Assembly: GCF_035285525.1 (NCBI RefSeq)
Contig: NZ_JAYKGW010000136.1
Span: 1-26,496, forward strand
Source: Okeania sp.
Lineage (GTDB): Bacteria > Cyanobacteriota > Cyanobacteriia > Cyanobacteriales > Microcoleaceae
Length of the DNA stretch: 26,496 nt
Direction of reading: 5' to 3'
In this document: one piece after another, positions 1 through 8,951 of the stretch
How the letters are laid out: each line of letters begins with the position of its first letter
Position numbering within the stretch: position 1 is the first letter of the stretch
Notes under the pieces: model-generated
Told to the model about the DNA's origin: nothing
What the model saw: only the letters and a program-made list of their open reading frames with translations
Database searches by the model: none
Program-made: the position numbers and the translations under genes

Positions 1-65
1 TTTTCATATTCTTCCATAGAATAGTAAGAATAATATATTCAGTCAATAGAAAACAGGAATTTACA

Positions 66-623
66 ATGACAACAACTAAAATTCACTTATGGACAGTAAA
101 AGAATACCATAAAATCATAGACTATGGTATTCTCACCCCAGAATCTCGTGTCGAACTTTTAGAAGGTCATATTATTAAAATAAACCCTCAACGTGCCCCC
201 CATGCTGCCACAACTCAACGGACATCTGATTATTTAAAAGCTCAATTAAGTCAGCAAGTTTATATTAGAATGCAGTTACCTATTACATTATCAAATTCTG
301 AACCAGAGCCAGATATTGCTGTAGTTAAAATCGATCCATTATTTTATGGAATTCACCACCCTACTCCACAGGAAATATTCTTTTTAATTGAAATTTCTGA
401 CACGACTTTGAAAATAGATAGGCAAGAAAAAGCACTTATTTATGCCAAAGCAAATATTCCCGAATATTGGATATTAGATGTGAGTAACCGTCAAGTTTAT
501 GTCTGTCGTTATCCTACAGCAAAAGGTTATCAATCAGAAACTATTTTGTCAGATAATGAAGTAATTAATCCTTTGAATTTTCCATCAGTTTCTTTATCTC
601 TGACAGAAATGTTTTTGCCATAG
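66..623 (+). CDS. Uma2-family (DUF820) PD-(D/E)XK putative endonuclease
   Basis: 185-aa ORF with the family-typical layout: N-terminal WTVKEYHKI / ELLEGHII segment, EPDIAV, then EISDTT...K..YA...IPEYWILD core. Confidence 0.85.
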   Translation: MTTTKIHLWTVKEYHKIIDYGILTPESRVELLEGHIIKINPQRAPHAATTQRTSDYLKAQLSQQVYIRMQLPITLSNSEPEPDIAVVKIDPLFYGIHHPTPQEIFFLIEISDTTLKIDRQEKALIYAKANIPEYWILDVSNRQVYVCRYPTAKGYQSETILSDNEVINPLNFPSVSLSLTEMFLP

Positions 624-683
624 TATAGGTTGTTATATATAATCAAATTGAACAGCTATTATTGTGGCGTTTTATAACTAAAA

Positions 684-1295
684 TTACTGTCCGACTTGAA
701 ATATTTGTTCTGCTGTTAAATTTATTTCGGGAAAAGTAGGGGAAACCACCACATTTTCACCTCCAAATAAATTGAGGATATATTCACCTTCAACTAAATA
801 GTAAACCGAAATAGTTGGCTGTTTGGGGTTTCCAATATAGCGCCCACCTCCTAACCCTAAATAATCAATTATCCAATACTCGTTTATCCCTAATTTTTCA
901 TATTCTCTCAACTTCATTAAATAATCATCTTGCCAATTTGTACTTACTACTTCTATTGCTAATTTAACACTTTTACCTTTAGTAATGGTGGAGCGCTTAT
1001 TCCAAATAGGCTCATTAACCTCCCCCCTTTCAAAGGGGGGTTGGGGGGGATTTATAACATTAATCATCCAATACTATTACATTAGGAATATAAGCAGATT
1101 TATCGGAATCTATAGCCTTAATTAGTCCTTGTCGAGGCATAAAAAAAAGGAAGGTTTAAACATTTAATTTCCACACTTAATTCTGAAGCGATAAAACCAG
1201 CTACTTTTTCGTTAGTTCCAGTAGATTGCACTTTGATAATTTCTCCATTATGTAATTAAAACCGACCATAACCATCAGGATACTATTCCCATTAA
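684..1295 (-). pseudogene. Decayed Uma2-family nuclease, paralog of the 1418..2047 gene
   Basis: The C-terminal 127-aa ORF (684..1067) aligns with the neighbour (KLAIEVVSTNWQDDY..., INEYWIIDY, GNPKQPT, SPTFPEINLTAEQIF). Upstream, 1068..1295 still translates to the N-terminal half (YPDGYGRF*LHNGEIIKV...AYIPNVIVLDD). That half is broken by two in-frame stops and by frame changes near the A8 run at 1141..1148 and near 1065. A palindromic mini-insert also lies inside it. Confidence 0.7.
1019..1050. repeat. Small G/C-run palindromic insert (CCCCCCTTTCAAAGGGGGG plus TTGGGGGGG) inside the Uma2 pseudogene
   Basis: A palindrome at 1022..1040 encodes the segment PPQPPFERGE. That segment has no counterpart in the intact paralog at the same alignment position. 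A related CCCCTTAAAGGGG(G) lies at 8023..8036. Confidence 0.6.
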
Positions 1296-1297
1296 TA

Positions 1298-1421
1298 CTC
1301 CTTTTGATATATTAATTATTAATTATTAATTATTGCAAAATATCCTGTTTTGATTCTGGAATCAGCATTTTAGTAATCCTTTTGATATATGGATTATTAA
1401 TTATTAATTATTAATTATTAC
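1298..1421. repeat. Duplicated TCCTTTTGATATAT + (TTAATTA)n heptamer block
   Basis: Two copies, at about 1298..1335 and 1377..1421. The second overlaps the stop codon of the 1418..2047 gene. Similar TTAATTA-type runs lie near 7960, 8091..8122, 8474..8512, 8901..8935 and 22090..22125. Confidence 0.75.
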
Positions 1422-2047
1422 AAAGCCAAATTGAAAATCTCGTTAGCAGATAAATTAAACTGGGGAAAAGTTGGGGAAACAATTAAAGCTTTTTCAGTAA
1501 AAGAAATCATCTGATATTCTCCATCAACTAAACTACAAACAAATAATGTCGGTTGCTTAGGATTACCAATAAATTTTCTCCCTCCCAATGCTGCATAGTC
1601 AACTATCCAATACTCCTCAATACCCATTTCTTCATAATCTCGAAATTTATTATAATAATCATCACGCCAATTAGTAGAAACAACTTCAACAATTAACTTC
1701 ACCGAATCAGAATTTTGAATAATTGATTCACTTTCCCAACGGGGTTCGGCATCAATAACTTCCTTGTTTAAAACAATTATATCCGGTTCATAACCAGATT
1801 TTTCACCAGTAGGTTTAACAATAGATTCTCTAGGAATAGTCCAAATACCACCTTTATCCATCTCCCTAATACTTATCAATAATTGCTCAATTAAAGAACC
1901 CGTTAAATTAGAATGTTTTCCCCTTGGTTTAGGCATTTCGATAATTACTCCATCATGTAATTCGTACCGGAGTTTTGAATTTTCAGGATACCAGATGATA
2001 AATTCATCAAAATTATATAGTTTTGGTTGAGCTTGGGTATAAGTCAT
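1418..2047 (-). CDS. Uma2-family (DUF820) putative endonuclease
   Basis: 209-aa ORF with YELHDGVIIEMPKP, EPDIIVL, LIVEVVSTNWRDDY, GIEEYWIVD and GNPKQPT motifs. Confidence 0.85.
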   Translation of the reverse strand: MTYTQAQPKLYNFDEFIIWYPENSKLRYELHDGVIIEMPKPRGKHSNLTGSLIEQLLISIREMDKGGIWTIPRESIVKPTGEKSGYEPDIIVLNKEVIDAEPRWESESIIQNSDSVKLIVEVVSTNWRDDYYNKFRDYEEMGIEEYWIVDYAALGGRKFIGNPKQPTLFVCSLVDGEYQMISFTEKALIVSPTFPQFNLSANEIFNLAL

Positions 2048-2323
2048 TTCAGTTATCAGTTGTCATAATATCATTTTTGCTTCAATACTTATGTTTAGTA
2101 ATACTTGAGCAAATTATACTCCATTTTAGCCTCTTACTCCACCGATCGAGTCTTTTTTCACCTTTGAGAAAAACACAGCGATCGCCCATTTCAGTTATCA
2201 TTTATCAGTTATCAGTTATCAGTACCAACTTCCCAAACGTAAAAGAATTTTATCTTGCAAGTATTTTCCTTTCCAAGCATTCCAATTTCTGATAAATTTC
2301 CTAGTAATTGTTTACAATTGAGT

Positions 2324-2906
2324 GAGGCCAGAAACCCAGTTTCTTATGTAGGCTGAGAAACCCAGTTTCTTATGTGGGCTGAGAAACCCGGTTTCTTTAA
2401 GAAACCGGGTTTCTGATTAGCTCCGAACATAATTTACTACAAGCCGATAAATTTTTTAACTGTACAGGAACTACTTAAATTTATTTGAGCTTGTGGAGCT
2501 AGAAACCCGGTTTTTTCAAAAAACCGGGCTAGTCAGGAAGTAAGGACTCTAGAACGTGTGGGGACATAAAGAGTAAGCCCAAAAATCTATGTATGCCCAA
2601 AAACCCTCGTGAGGCCAGAAATCCGGTTTTTTACCCACCCCAGAAACCCAGTTTTTTACCCACCCCAGAAACCCGGTTTCTGAACCGAGGTCGGGTTTCT
2701 GATTACCCAGGTCTATTTTCTTTTGGCTATTGGCGGGTTTATTAACCAATTTATCTCTTTGTACCTCAAAAGCATGGAAATTACTATATCTTAAAAAATG
2801 TAATCTAACTAAAAATATCTCTACGCAGATGAAACCAGAAACCGAGTTTTTCCTAGACTTCTATTGCTCAAAACAAAGATTTATCGTAGAAACCGGGTTC
2901 CTCCCT
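2324..2906. repeat. Local array of about 11 copies of the near-palindrome AGAAACCCGGTTTCT, organised in two homologous triple-repeat modules plus a central hairpin
   Basis: Motif starts at 2330, 2356, 2382, 2400 (inverted), 2501, 2617, 2642, 2667, about 2686 (inverted, degenerate), 2837 and 2888. Module 1 is 2324..2420 and module 2 is 2611..2708. The hairpin is at 2499..2532. Confidence 0.8.
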
Positions 2907-3055
2907 TGTAAGTCCTAAAAATATAATCTACAGCAACAGACAAGGCGATTAGGACATGGACTGATGATGAATCAAAGACCAGGGAAAGACTTTTCCACCT
3001 GTTCCCACCTTCTGTGTTCCCAGTTAAGTGCTATAACTAAAAAAATCTCTAAACT

Positions 3056-3562
3056 ATGAAACTTCAAACTACTTGGCAATTAGGCAGTAATAATCCAGAA
3101 AATCCTAATAATCTAGATACTATTCGTCAATGGTGGGCAGCTCTAGCCGGAAAAGAAATTACCTGGCGACAACGACTAATTCCTGATAGTGGAGATATTT
3201 CCCAACTTGATTGGGAACCACAAAGATTTGATGAAATATTTCTGATTTCTCAACCAGAAATTCGTGGTATTACTCTTTATTGGCAGAAACCTAATTCTGC
3301 GACAGAAAGCAATACAACTCCACAAAAGTTAGCACTAAATCATACCCGTCAAGAGTTATATATTTTTCCCCAATCTCAACAAAGTTTGGTAATTAGAGTT
3401 GGATTATTAGAAGTTAAATATCAAAGAATTGAACTGAATAATCCTGAAGTTTTTGTGGAAAATAATGTTTTATTATTTCAGGATAAAAACCAGTTATTAG
3501 AAGTACAAATTAAACTAACTTCTGAACAATTAAATCAATTAAATAATTTCCTAAAAAGTTAA
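3056..3562 (+). CDS. Hypothetical protein (168 aa), no family recognised
   Basis: Clean ATG ORF of non-repetitive sequence with codon usage similar to its neighbours. It sits alone between repeat-rich non-coding DNA. Confidence 0.5.
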   Translation: MKLQTTWQLGSNNPENPNNLDTIRQWWAALAGKEITWRQRLIPDSGDISQLDWEPQRFDEIFLISQPEIRGITLYWQKPNSATESNTTPQKLALNHTRQELYIFPQSQQSLVIRVGLLEVKYQRIELNNPEVFVENNVLLFQDKNQLLEVQIKLTSEQLNQLNNFLKS

Positions 3563-4205
3563 ATAATAAGGTGCAGGTTTTTCCCAGAGAAGACAACCTA
3601 CCCCTCTATCCATTATCCATAACTCTTGAAACCCTTACAGCGATTTTCATTTCAGTAAACCACAGTAGGGACGTTCCATAACAAAAATGCGTTTCATGTC
3701 GCGTAGCGATACGTCCCTACAAGATTTTGGTTATGGTGACGTGGTTCATCCATTTGCAAAGCTCTGTATGATGAGCTTGGGGAGTTTGGGAGGTAAGAAT
3801 TTTGCCTACTTTTCTCAAAAAAATATATTTTTCAACACACTTTAGTCCCAAAAGAGCCGTTCCCAGACTTAGCCATAATTTGTCAATTTTGTCAAACCTT
3901 ATTTTAAGAAATATGTAAGTAATGGATAGCTCGACTGAAATTAGAAAAACTTACCCTTATCAGCTCTCCCCATCTCCCCATCTAATTTTATAGCTTCCAA
4001 ATAAGTTCTATAAGAGACAAATTTTCAAGTTAGACTCACTACCACTATAATTAATTTCAGTAATTTTAGATAGGACTTGCGCAACATAAGAAAATATACA
4101 CCACTTGTAGCAGCAAATACAATTCTCTCTTACTAGATATGCTGCTTTTGCCTAAGTCCTGTTAGAATCAAATTGTTTTTTGAGTCACTAAAAAAATTAA
4201 TATAT

Positions 4206-5672
4206 ATGAACTTACCTGTAATTTTAGATATTGTCATTGGATTAATATTTATTTACCTTAGTTTCTCTTTACTATCAAGTGAAATTCAAAATCTGATAAC
4301 TATAATTTTGCAATGGCGAGCTACCCACTTAAAAAAATCAATAGAAGAATTAATTGCTGGTGAACTTCATATTCAAAACTACAGTTCCCCATCAAATCCG
4401 CAATTAGAAAAAACGAAAAAGTTAACTAATTCTTTATATCAAAATCAATTAATTAAAAATCTTAATTACAGTGGTGGCAAAGGTCCTTTAGAAAGAGGAT
4501 TTCGGAAAATTGTTCAACGTATTGGCAGTTTAATAGAAAGAATAACTGGAAATGAAAATACTTTTGGTCACCCAAAAACAGGTCCTTCTTATATTCCATC
4601 AAATGCTTTTGCTGCTAGTTTAATTGATACTTTGAAAATCCAAGAATCAATGAAAGAAATTAGCGAATATAAACTAGAATATTTTCTAAATAAAACTTTA
4701 ATTAGAATCAAGAAAATTTTATATGAATTACATATAGAAGATTCTAGAAGTAAGCAGATGATTAAAAATGAATATAAAAATTTAATTCAAGAATTTAAGC
4801 AAATTTCTCACAACTATAAAAACGATTTAGCTAGTTTAAATTTGACCTTGGAGCGAATATTAGACAGACTAAATTTATATACAAAAAAAACTGTAAGATA
4901 TGTGTCAGTGATAGACCATTCTGAATTTAGTAGTAAAATGAATTTAGTGAGGCGAGTATTAGTAAATCTCCAGGAAAAACAAGTCTTGATTGCTGATATG
5001 GAGCCAAGTTTTTCTAATCTATTAAAGTTCTGGGGAAAGGTCATAGAAATAGGAGAATCTACAAAAGCAGAATTTAAAGGTAATCAGGGAAGGATATATC
5101 AAAAAATTAAAGATACTGTTAATATACTGCCTGAATCTTTACAAAAAAGTTTATATATTTTAGCGCAACAAGCGACAACAAAAATTGGAGAAACAGATAA
5201 TGCTTTTCATCAATTTCAGGTAGAAATTGAGAAATGGTTTGATAATAGCATGGAAAGAGCGACTGGTGTTTACAAACGTAATGCTAGAGGTGTTGCTTTT
5301 TTGATTGGTTTTACTATTGCTATAGCTGCTAATGTTGATACATTAAATATCATCGATCATTTATCAAAAGATACTTTGATGCGAGCCACTATTAGTAATT
5401 ATTCTGAAGAGTTAGTGAGTCAAGCTAATGATAATCTCAATGAGGAAGAATTACAAAAGGTTCAATCTCAAGTAAATTTGGCTCTAGATAATTTAGAATT
5501 ACCTATTGGTTGGAGTCAAGATAATAATAATAAAACAAGTGAAAGTCAATTATCTATTTATTTAGTAGGATTGAAAAAATTATTGGGTTGGATAATTAGT
5601 GGAATCGCCATATCTATGGGAGCTAATTTTTGGTTTAATTTATTGAAGAAGATTTTTGAGTTGAAAAAATAG
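4206..5672 (+). CDS. Membrane protein with an N-terminal TM helix, a long coiled-coil/charged central region and two C-terminal TM helices
   Basis: The ORF track starts at TTG 4173. The in-frame ATG at 4206 (MNLPVILDIVIGLIFIYLSF...) begins directly with the hydrophobic helix. C-terminal helices are GVAFLIGFTIAIAANV and LLGWIISGIAISMGANFWFNLL. Confidence 0.7.
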   Translation: MNLPVILDIVIGLIFIYLSFSLLSSEIQNLITIILQWRATHLKKSIEELIAGELHIQNYSSPSNPQLEKTKKLTNSLYQNQLIKNLNYSGGKGPLERGFRKIVQRIGSLIERITGNENTFGHPKTGPSYIPSNAFAASLIDTLKIQESMKEISEYKLEYFLNKTLIRIKKILYELHIEDSRSKQMIKNEYKNLIQEFKQISHNYKNDLASLNLTLERILDRLNLYTKKTVRYVSVIDHSEFSSKMNLVRRVLVNLQEKQVLIADMEPSFSNLLKFWGKVIEIGESTKAEFKGNQGRIYQKIKDTVNILPESLQKSLYILAQQATTKIGETDNAFHQFQVEIEKWFDNSMERATGVYKRNARGVAFLIGFTIAIAANVDTLNIIDHLSKDTLMRATISNYSEELVSQANDNLNEEELQKVQSQVNLALDNLELPIGWSQDNNNKTSESQLSIYLVGLKKLLGWIISGIAISMGANFWFNLLKKIFELKK

Positions 5673-5718
5673 AAAGCTCGCACTTTTTCAAGACTTAATA
5701 TAAGTATAGCAATCCTAA

Positions 5719-5866
5719 ATAAGTTATAAAATTTGATGGTAGGGGTTTGGTCTCCCAACCCATATCGGTCTCCCAACCCATATCTATAATAAGTTATAAA
5801 ATTTGCTGGTAGGGGTTTGGTCTCCCAACCCCAGCTTTAAGGGATTTGGAAACCAAACCCCTACAG
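5719..5866. repeat. Duplicated 43-nt unit ATAAGTTATAAAATTTGNTGGTAGGGGTTTGGTCTCCCAACCC plus an inverted partner
   Basis: Copies at 5719..5761 and 5789..5831. An 18-nt tandem GGTCTCCCAACCCATATC x2 lies at 5748..5783. The same GTAGGGGTTTGGTCTCCCAACCC core recurs in the 118-bp repeats at 15032..15355. Confidence 0.8.
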
Positions 5867-5870
5867 TTTT
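5809..5870 (+). terminator. Candidate intrinsic terminator between convergent genes
   Basis: A perfect 12-bp inverted repeat, GTAGGGGTTTGG (5809..5820) / CCAAACCCCTAC (5853..5864), is followed by AGTTTT. It is built from repeat-family sequence. Confidence 0.4.
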
Positions 5871-5893
5871 ATCTCACAAATCACTCTATATTC

Positions 5894-7576
5894 CTATAGT
5901 TCTTCTAATATTGTAAACCTGACATGATTAATTGCCAAATTACCAATTGAAACTTCTTCTTTGTTAACAGGAACTCCCTTATTTTTAATACTTTCAAATT
6001 TAATTCCTTTACCAATTTCTACATGATACCAAGCTAAACCCATAAAAAATCTCAATGGATAAGGACCACCTTCATATAAATCATCAGGATTTGACTCCAT
6101 TGGAACCCAACCAAAACCAGGTAAATAAAACTCTAACCATACATGATTAAATTCTGGCTCCAAAGGTACGCCTTTTCTATCAGCAAAAGCCGGACATTTA
6201 TAACGACCTATTGTTCGACAAGCAATACCATTTAATCGCGCTAAAGCTAACAATAATCCCACATATTCTCCGCAGGAACCAATACCTCTTTCCAACACAA
6301 TATCTGGAGTTTCAATCTTAGATGTTACTTCATAAGAAAGTTGATCGTAGACATAATTTCTAATATTTAAAAGTTGACGTAATATATTAGTTTCTCTTCT
6401 AACCGCTTCTTCAGCACCTCGAATAACTATCTCTTTATCCATTGCCAAATTATCATTATCTACCAAATATTTGGCTTGAAAATCTGGTGGAAGTTCGGGA
6501 ATATTTTCTACATTAAAAGGTTGAATTTGATACTTAATTGCCCTAACTTCTAATAAAGCTTTCCAACCAAAGATTCTTCTTTCTGTTTGACGTAGTGGTT
6601 GAAACCGAAAAACCGCAACTTTTTCTCCATCTTGAATTTCTTCAGTAAAAGGCATTCCAATCGCAGAAATTTCCCTAACTTTTTGTCGATGAGTTTCTGA
6701 AGGTAAAGCCATACGCCATTCTAAATCTTCTAAAAATACTTCATCTAAAGGTTCTAATTCTTCCACATAAGACATCTCAATTAAAAAACCATTAGAAACC
6801 GCATATTTTTCCTGTTCATTATAATAGAAATTAAGAGGATGTATGAAAGTGCGATCGCGCTTACTTAATTGATATTGTTGTGCCGAGTTGGGGTCATCTC
6901 TAATATAAAGTTCATCCCCAGAATAAGCAACATAAAGTTGTCTTTCTCCTGTAGTTAAATTCCGATAAAATGCTAATCCAGTTGGAGATTCAAAAGGAGT
7001 TAATACACTAAATTTTACTTGACCAGTTGCTCTTTCTAAACAATAAACAGTTTGTTCTTCGCGATCGCAAACCCACAATTCTTCGTCGTATACAGTAATA
7101 TTTTCAAGCCCTATTCCTGGAGCATAAAATCCTGTAATTTGTTGTTTAGTATTTTTATCAAAAACTATAATTTTTCCCAATTTTTGACAGGTAACATAAA
7201 CAGTTGATTCCCAAACAGCAATTCCATCAGCATTATAAGGTAAAGTAAAAAAATGCTGCCATTTTAAGACTTTTTCTGATGAATTACTGATAGCATTGAG
7301 ACAGAAATAAATTTTATTTTCCCATGTTAACCAGAGAGTATCTTTCCAGATAGAAATACCAGTAACATCAACAAATTCATCAGTTTGATAAGGATTAATA
7401 ACAATAGTGTTATCTGTTTTTGGGTCGATTTTTAGCAGAAAACCACGGTTTTTGTCAATAGCATAGAGAGTCTCTCTGGCAAAGACAATACTATGCAATG
7501 AAGCTACTCCAACTGGTCTAATCGTCCGTAGTCCATTATTTGGTTTTTGGGTATTTTCAGATGATTCAAAATTCAT
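5894..7576 (-). CDS. Transglutaminase-core domain protein with an N-terminal repeat (propeller-like) region
   Basis: 560-aa ORF. The C-terminal GIGSCGEYVGLLLALARLNGIACRTIGRY ... FNHVWLEFYLPGFGWVPMESNPDD matches the transglutaminase-like Cys...His core. Confidence 0.85.
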   Translation of the reverse strand: MNFESSENTQKPNNGLRTIRPVGVASLHSIVFARETLYAIDKNRGFLLKIDPKTDNTIVINPYQTDEFVDVTGISIWKDTLWLTWENKIYFCLNAISNSSEKVLKWQHFFTLPYNADGIAVWESTVYVTCQKLGKIIVFDKNTKQQITGFYAPGIGLENITVYDEELWVCDREEQTVYCLERATGQVKFSVLTPFESPTGLAFYRNLTTGERQLYVAYSGDELYIRDDPNSAQQYQLSKRDRTFIHPLNFYYNEQEKYAVSNGFLIEMSYVEELEPLDEVFLEDLEWRMALPSETHRQKVREISAIGMPFTEEIQDGEKVAVFRFQPLRQTERRIFGWKALLEVRAIKYQIQPFNVENIPELPPDFQAKYLVDNDNLAMDKEIVIRGAEEAVRRETNILRQLLNIRNYVYDQLSYEVTSKIETPDIVLERGIGSCGEYVGLLLALARLNGIACRTIGRYKCPAFADRKGVPLEPEFNHVWLEFYLPGFGWVPMESNPDDLYEGGPYPLRFFMGLAWYHVEIGKGIKFESIKNKGVPVNKEEVSIGNLAINHVRFTILEEL

Positions 7577-8150
7577 GTTAAATTTAGAATAAATATTGTC
7601 AAGAAATCTTTTTTTTTGAGTATTGATTTTATACTATAGCAATCCGTGCATAGATTGCGAAAAATCAAAAAGTAGATAAAAAAACCAAAACTCTTATCTG
7701 TTCTCTGTTCCCTAAAAGTAGTAAGATTTTTATACACAAATATATTAGAGGATTGCTATATACGATTATTAGATATCTCCAAAAAGAAAAAACAGGAAAT
7801 CAATTCTTATCCATAAATTATGAATTATTTCTCCCTATTGCCTATTGCCTATTCATTTATTGACAAAGTTAAATAGTTTGTGTTCCAACTTCAGAAAAAA
7901 CTTATATTTGTTATCATTTTAGAACTGTAGTTCCTTTTAGCAATTAACAATGAAAAATTAATAATTAATAATGGTTCCTTCTTAAAAGAAGGGGATTGCC
8001 TAAAAGGAAAACTTTTTATTTATCCCCTTAAAGGGGGAGGCTTTAAACCTGAACTATTGAATAAATAATTATTGAATATAAACTCTTGATTATTAATTAT
8101 TAACTATTAATTATTAATTGTTTTGTAAGCCTTATTTATGTAATATTTTC

Positions 8151-8379
8151 GTAAGTATTTCCTGGGTCATGCTGCGCCAACAGCTATTAGCCATCAGCCG
8201 TCAGCAAATCCTATCTAAGATATGAAAATGGCTTTAAATAAATATAACCTTTAAGGTCGCCTTTGAGAGTAAGATTCAATTTACCCCAACAAAGCCAAGC
8301 TTTTATCCACAAATAAAATAAATAGCTGACCGCTAAATACTGACTGCTATTTGCGCAGCATTCTCCAGGAAATGCTTAC
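8151..8379. mobile_element. MITE-like element with about 55-nt imperfect terminal inverted repeats and an 8-bp direct flank duplication
   Basis: The left arm is GTAAGTATTTCCTGGGTCATGCTGCGCCAACAGC... (8151..8205). The right arm, reverse-complemented, is GTAAGCATTTCCTGGAGAATGCTGCGCAAATAGC... (8325..8379). ATATTTTC occurs directly on both sides, at 8143..8150 and 8380..8387. Confidence 0.6.
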
Positions 8380-8951
8380 ATATTTTCAGTCTTGAAAGTA
8401 AACCATTTTTTAGAATAAATTTTTAATATCTAGTTAATTGGAGAGTAAGCATTTCCTGCCAAATGCCCACATTATTAATTATTATCCCTATCCATTATTA
8501 ATTATTAATTAGGGGTTGCTGAATAAATCTAAAAGTCTTTAAAGATAAAAGTTTTAGCCTTTTTAAGTATGGAAAAAGTAGCTAGTTTTTGGCTGTTGTG
8601 GTCTGAAAATGGTAAAGTTTTGACACTAAAAATCAGAAAATTTGGCCGTAGCAGATAGTATAAACAGTTAAGTGTTCCCACCTTCTGTGTCCCCTTTCTT
8701 CACTAACAAACTTTTTCAGCAAACCCTAATTATTAACTAGACAGTGCAAAGTTCTAGGAATAACTATTGCTAGCTAAGAATTTCAGCTATCTAAAAGTTA
8801 GAAACTTTCTACTGAGAACTGTAGGTGCTATAAACCTTTACCAGTAATACTTTAACCCTTGAAAATAAATAATTTTTTAGGAGAACTTTAAACTCTCCAG
8901 TATTATTAATTATTAATTATTCATTATTCATTATTTTCCTTATTCCTAAAA

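Noticed and set aside
2324-2708. Tn7/CAST-like or other transposon end built from multiple transposase-binding repeats
   Set aside because: The two modules are in direct rather than inverted orientation. There is no transposase, tnsB/C or cas12k-like gene, no terminal TGT...ACA pair and no flanking duplication. I kept it only as an iteron-like repeat finding.
2023-2918. Tracked ORFs 2023..2292 (+), 2549..2749 (-) and 2730..2918 (+)
   Set aside because: They run through heptamer and AGAAACCCGGTTTCT repeat DNA. Their peptides (ETGFLGW, KPDFW, VETGFL) are just translations of the repeat motif, they have no start context, and they overlap one another.
4173-4205. TTG start at 4173 for the membrane protein
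   Set aside because: The ATG at 4206 is in frame and begins exactly at the hydrophobic helix. The upstream 11 codons have no supporting signal. This remains uncertain.
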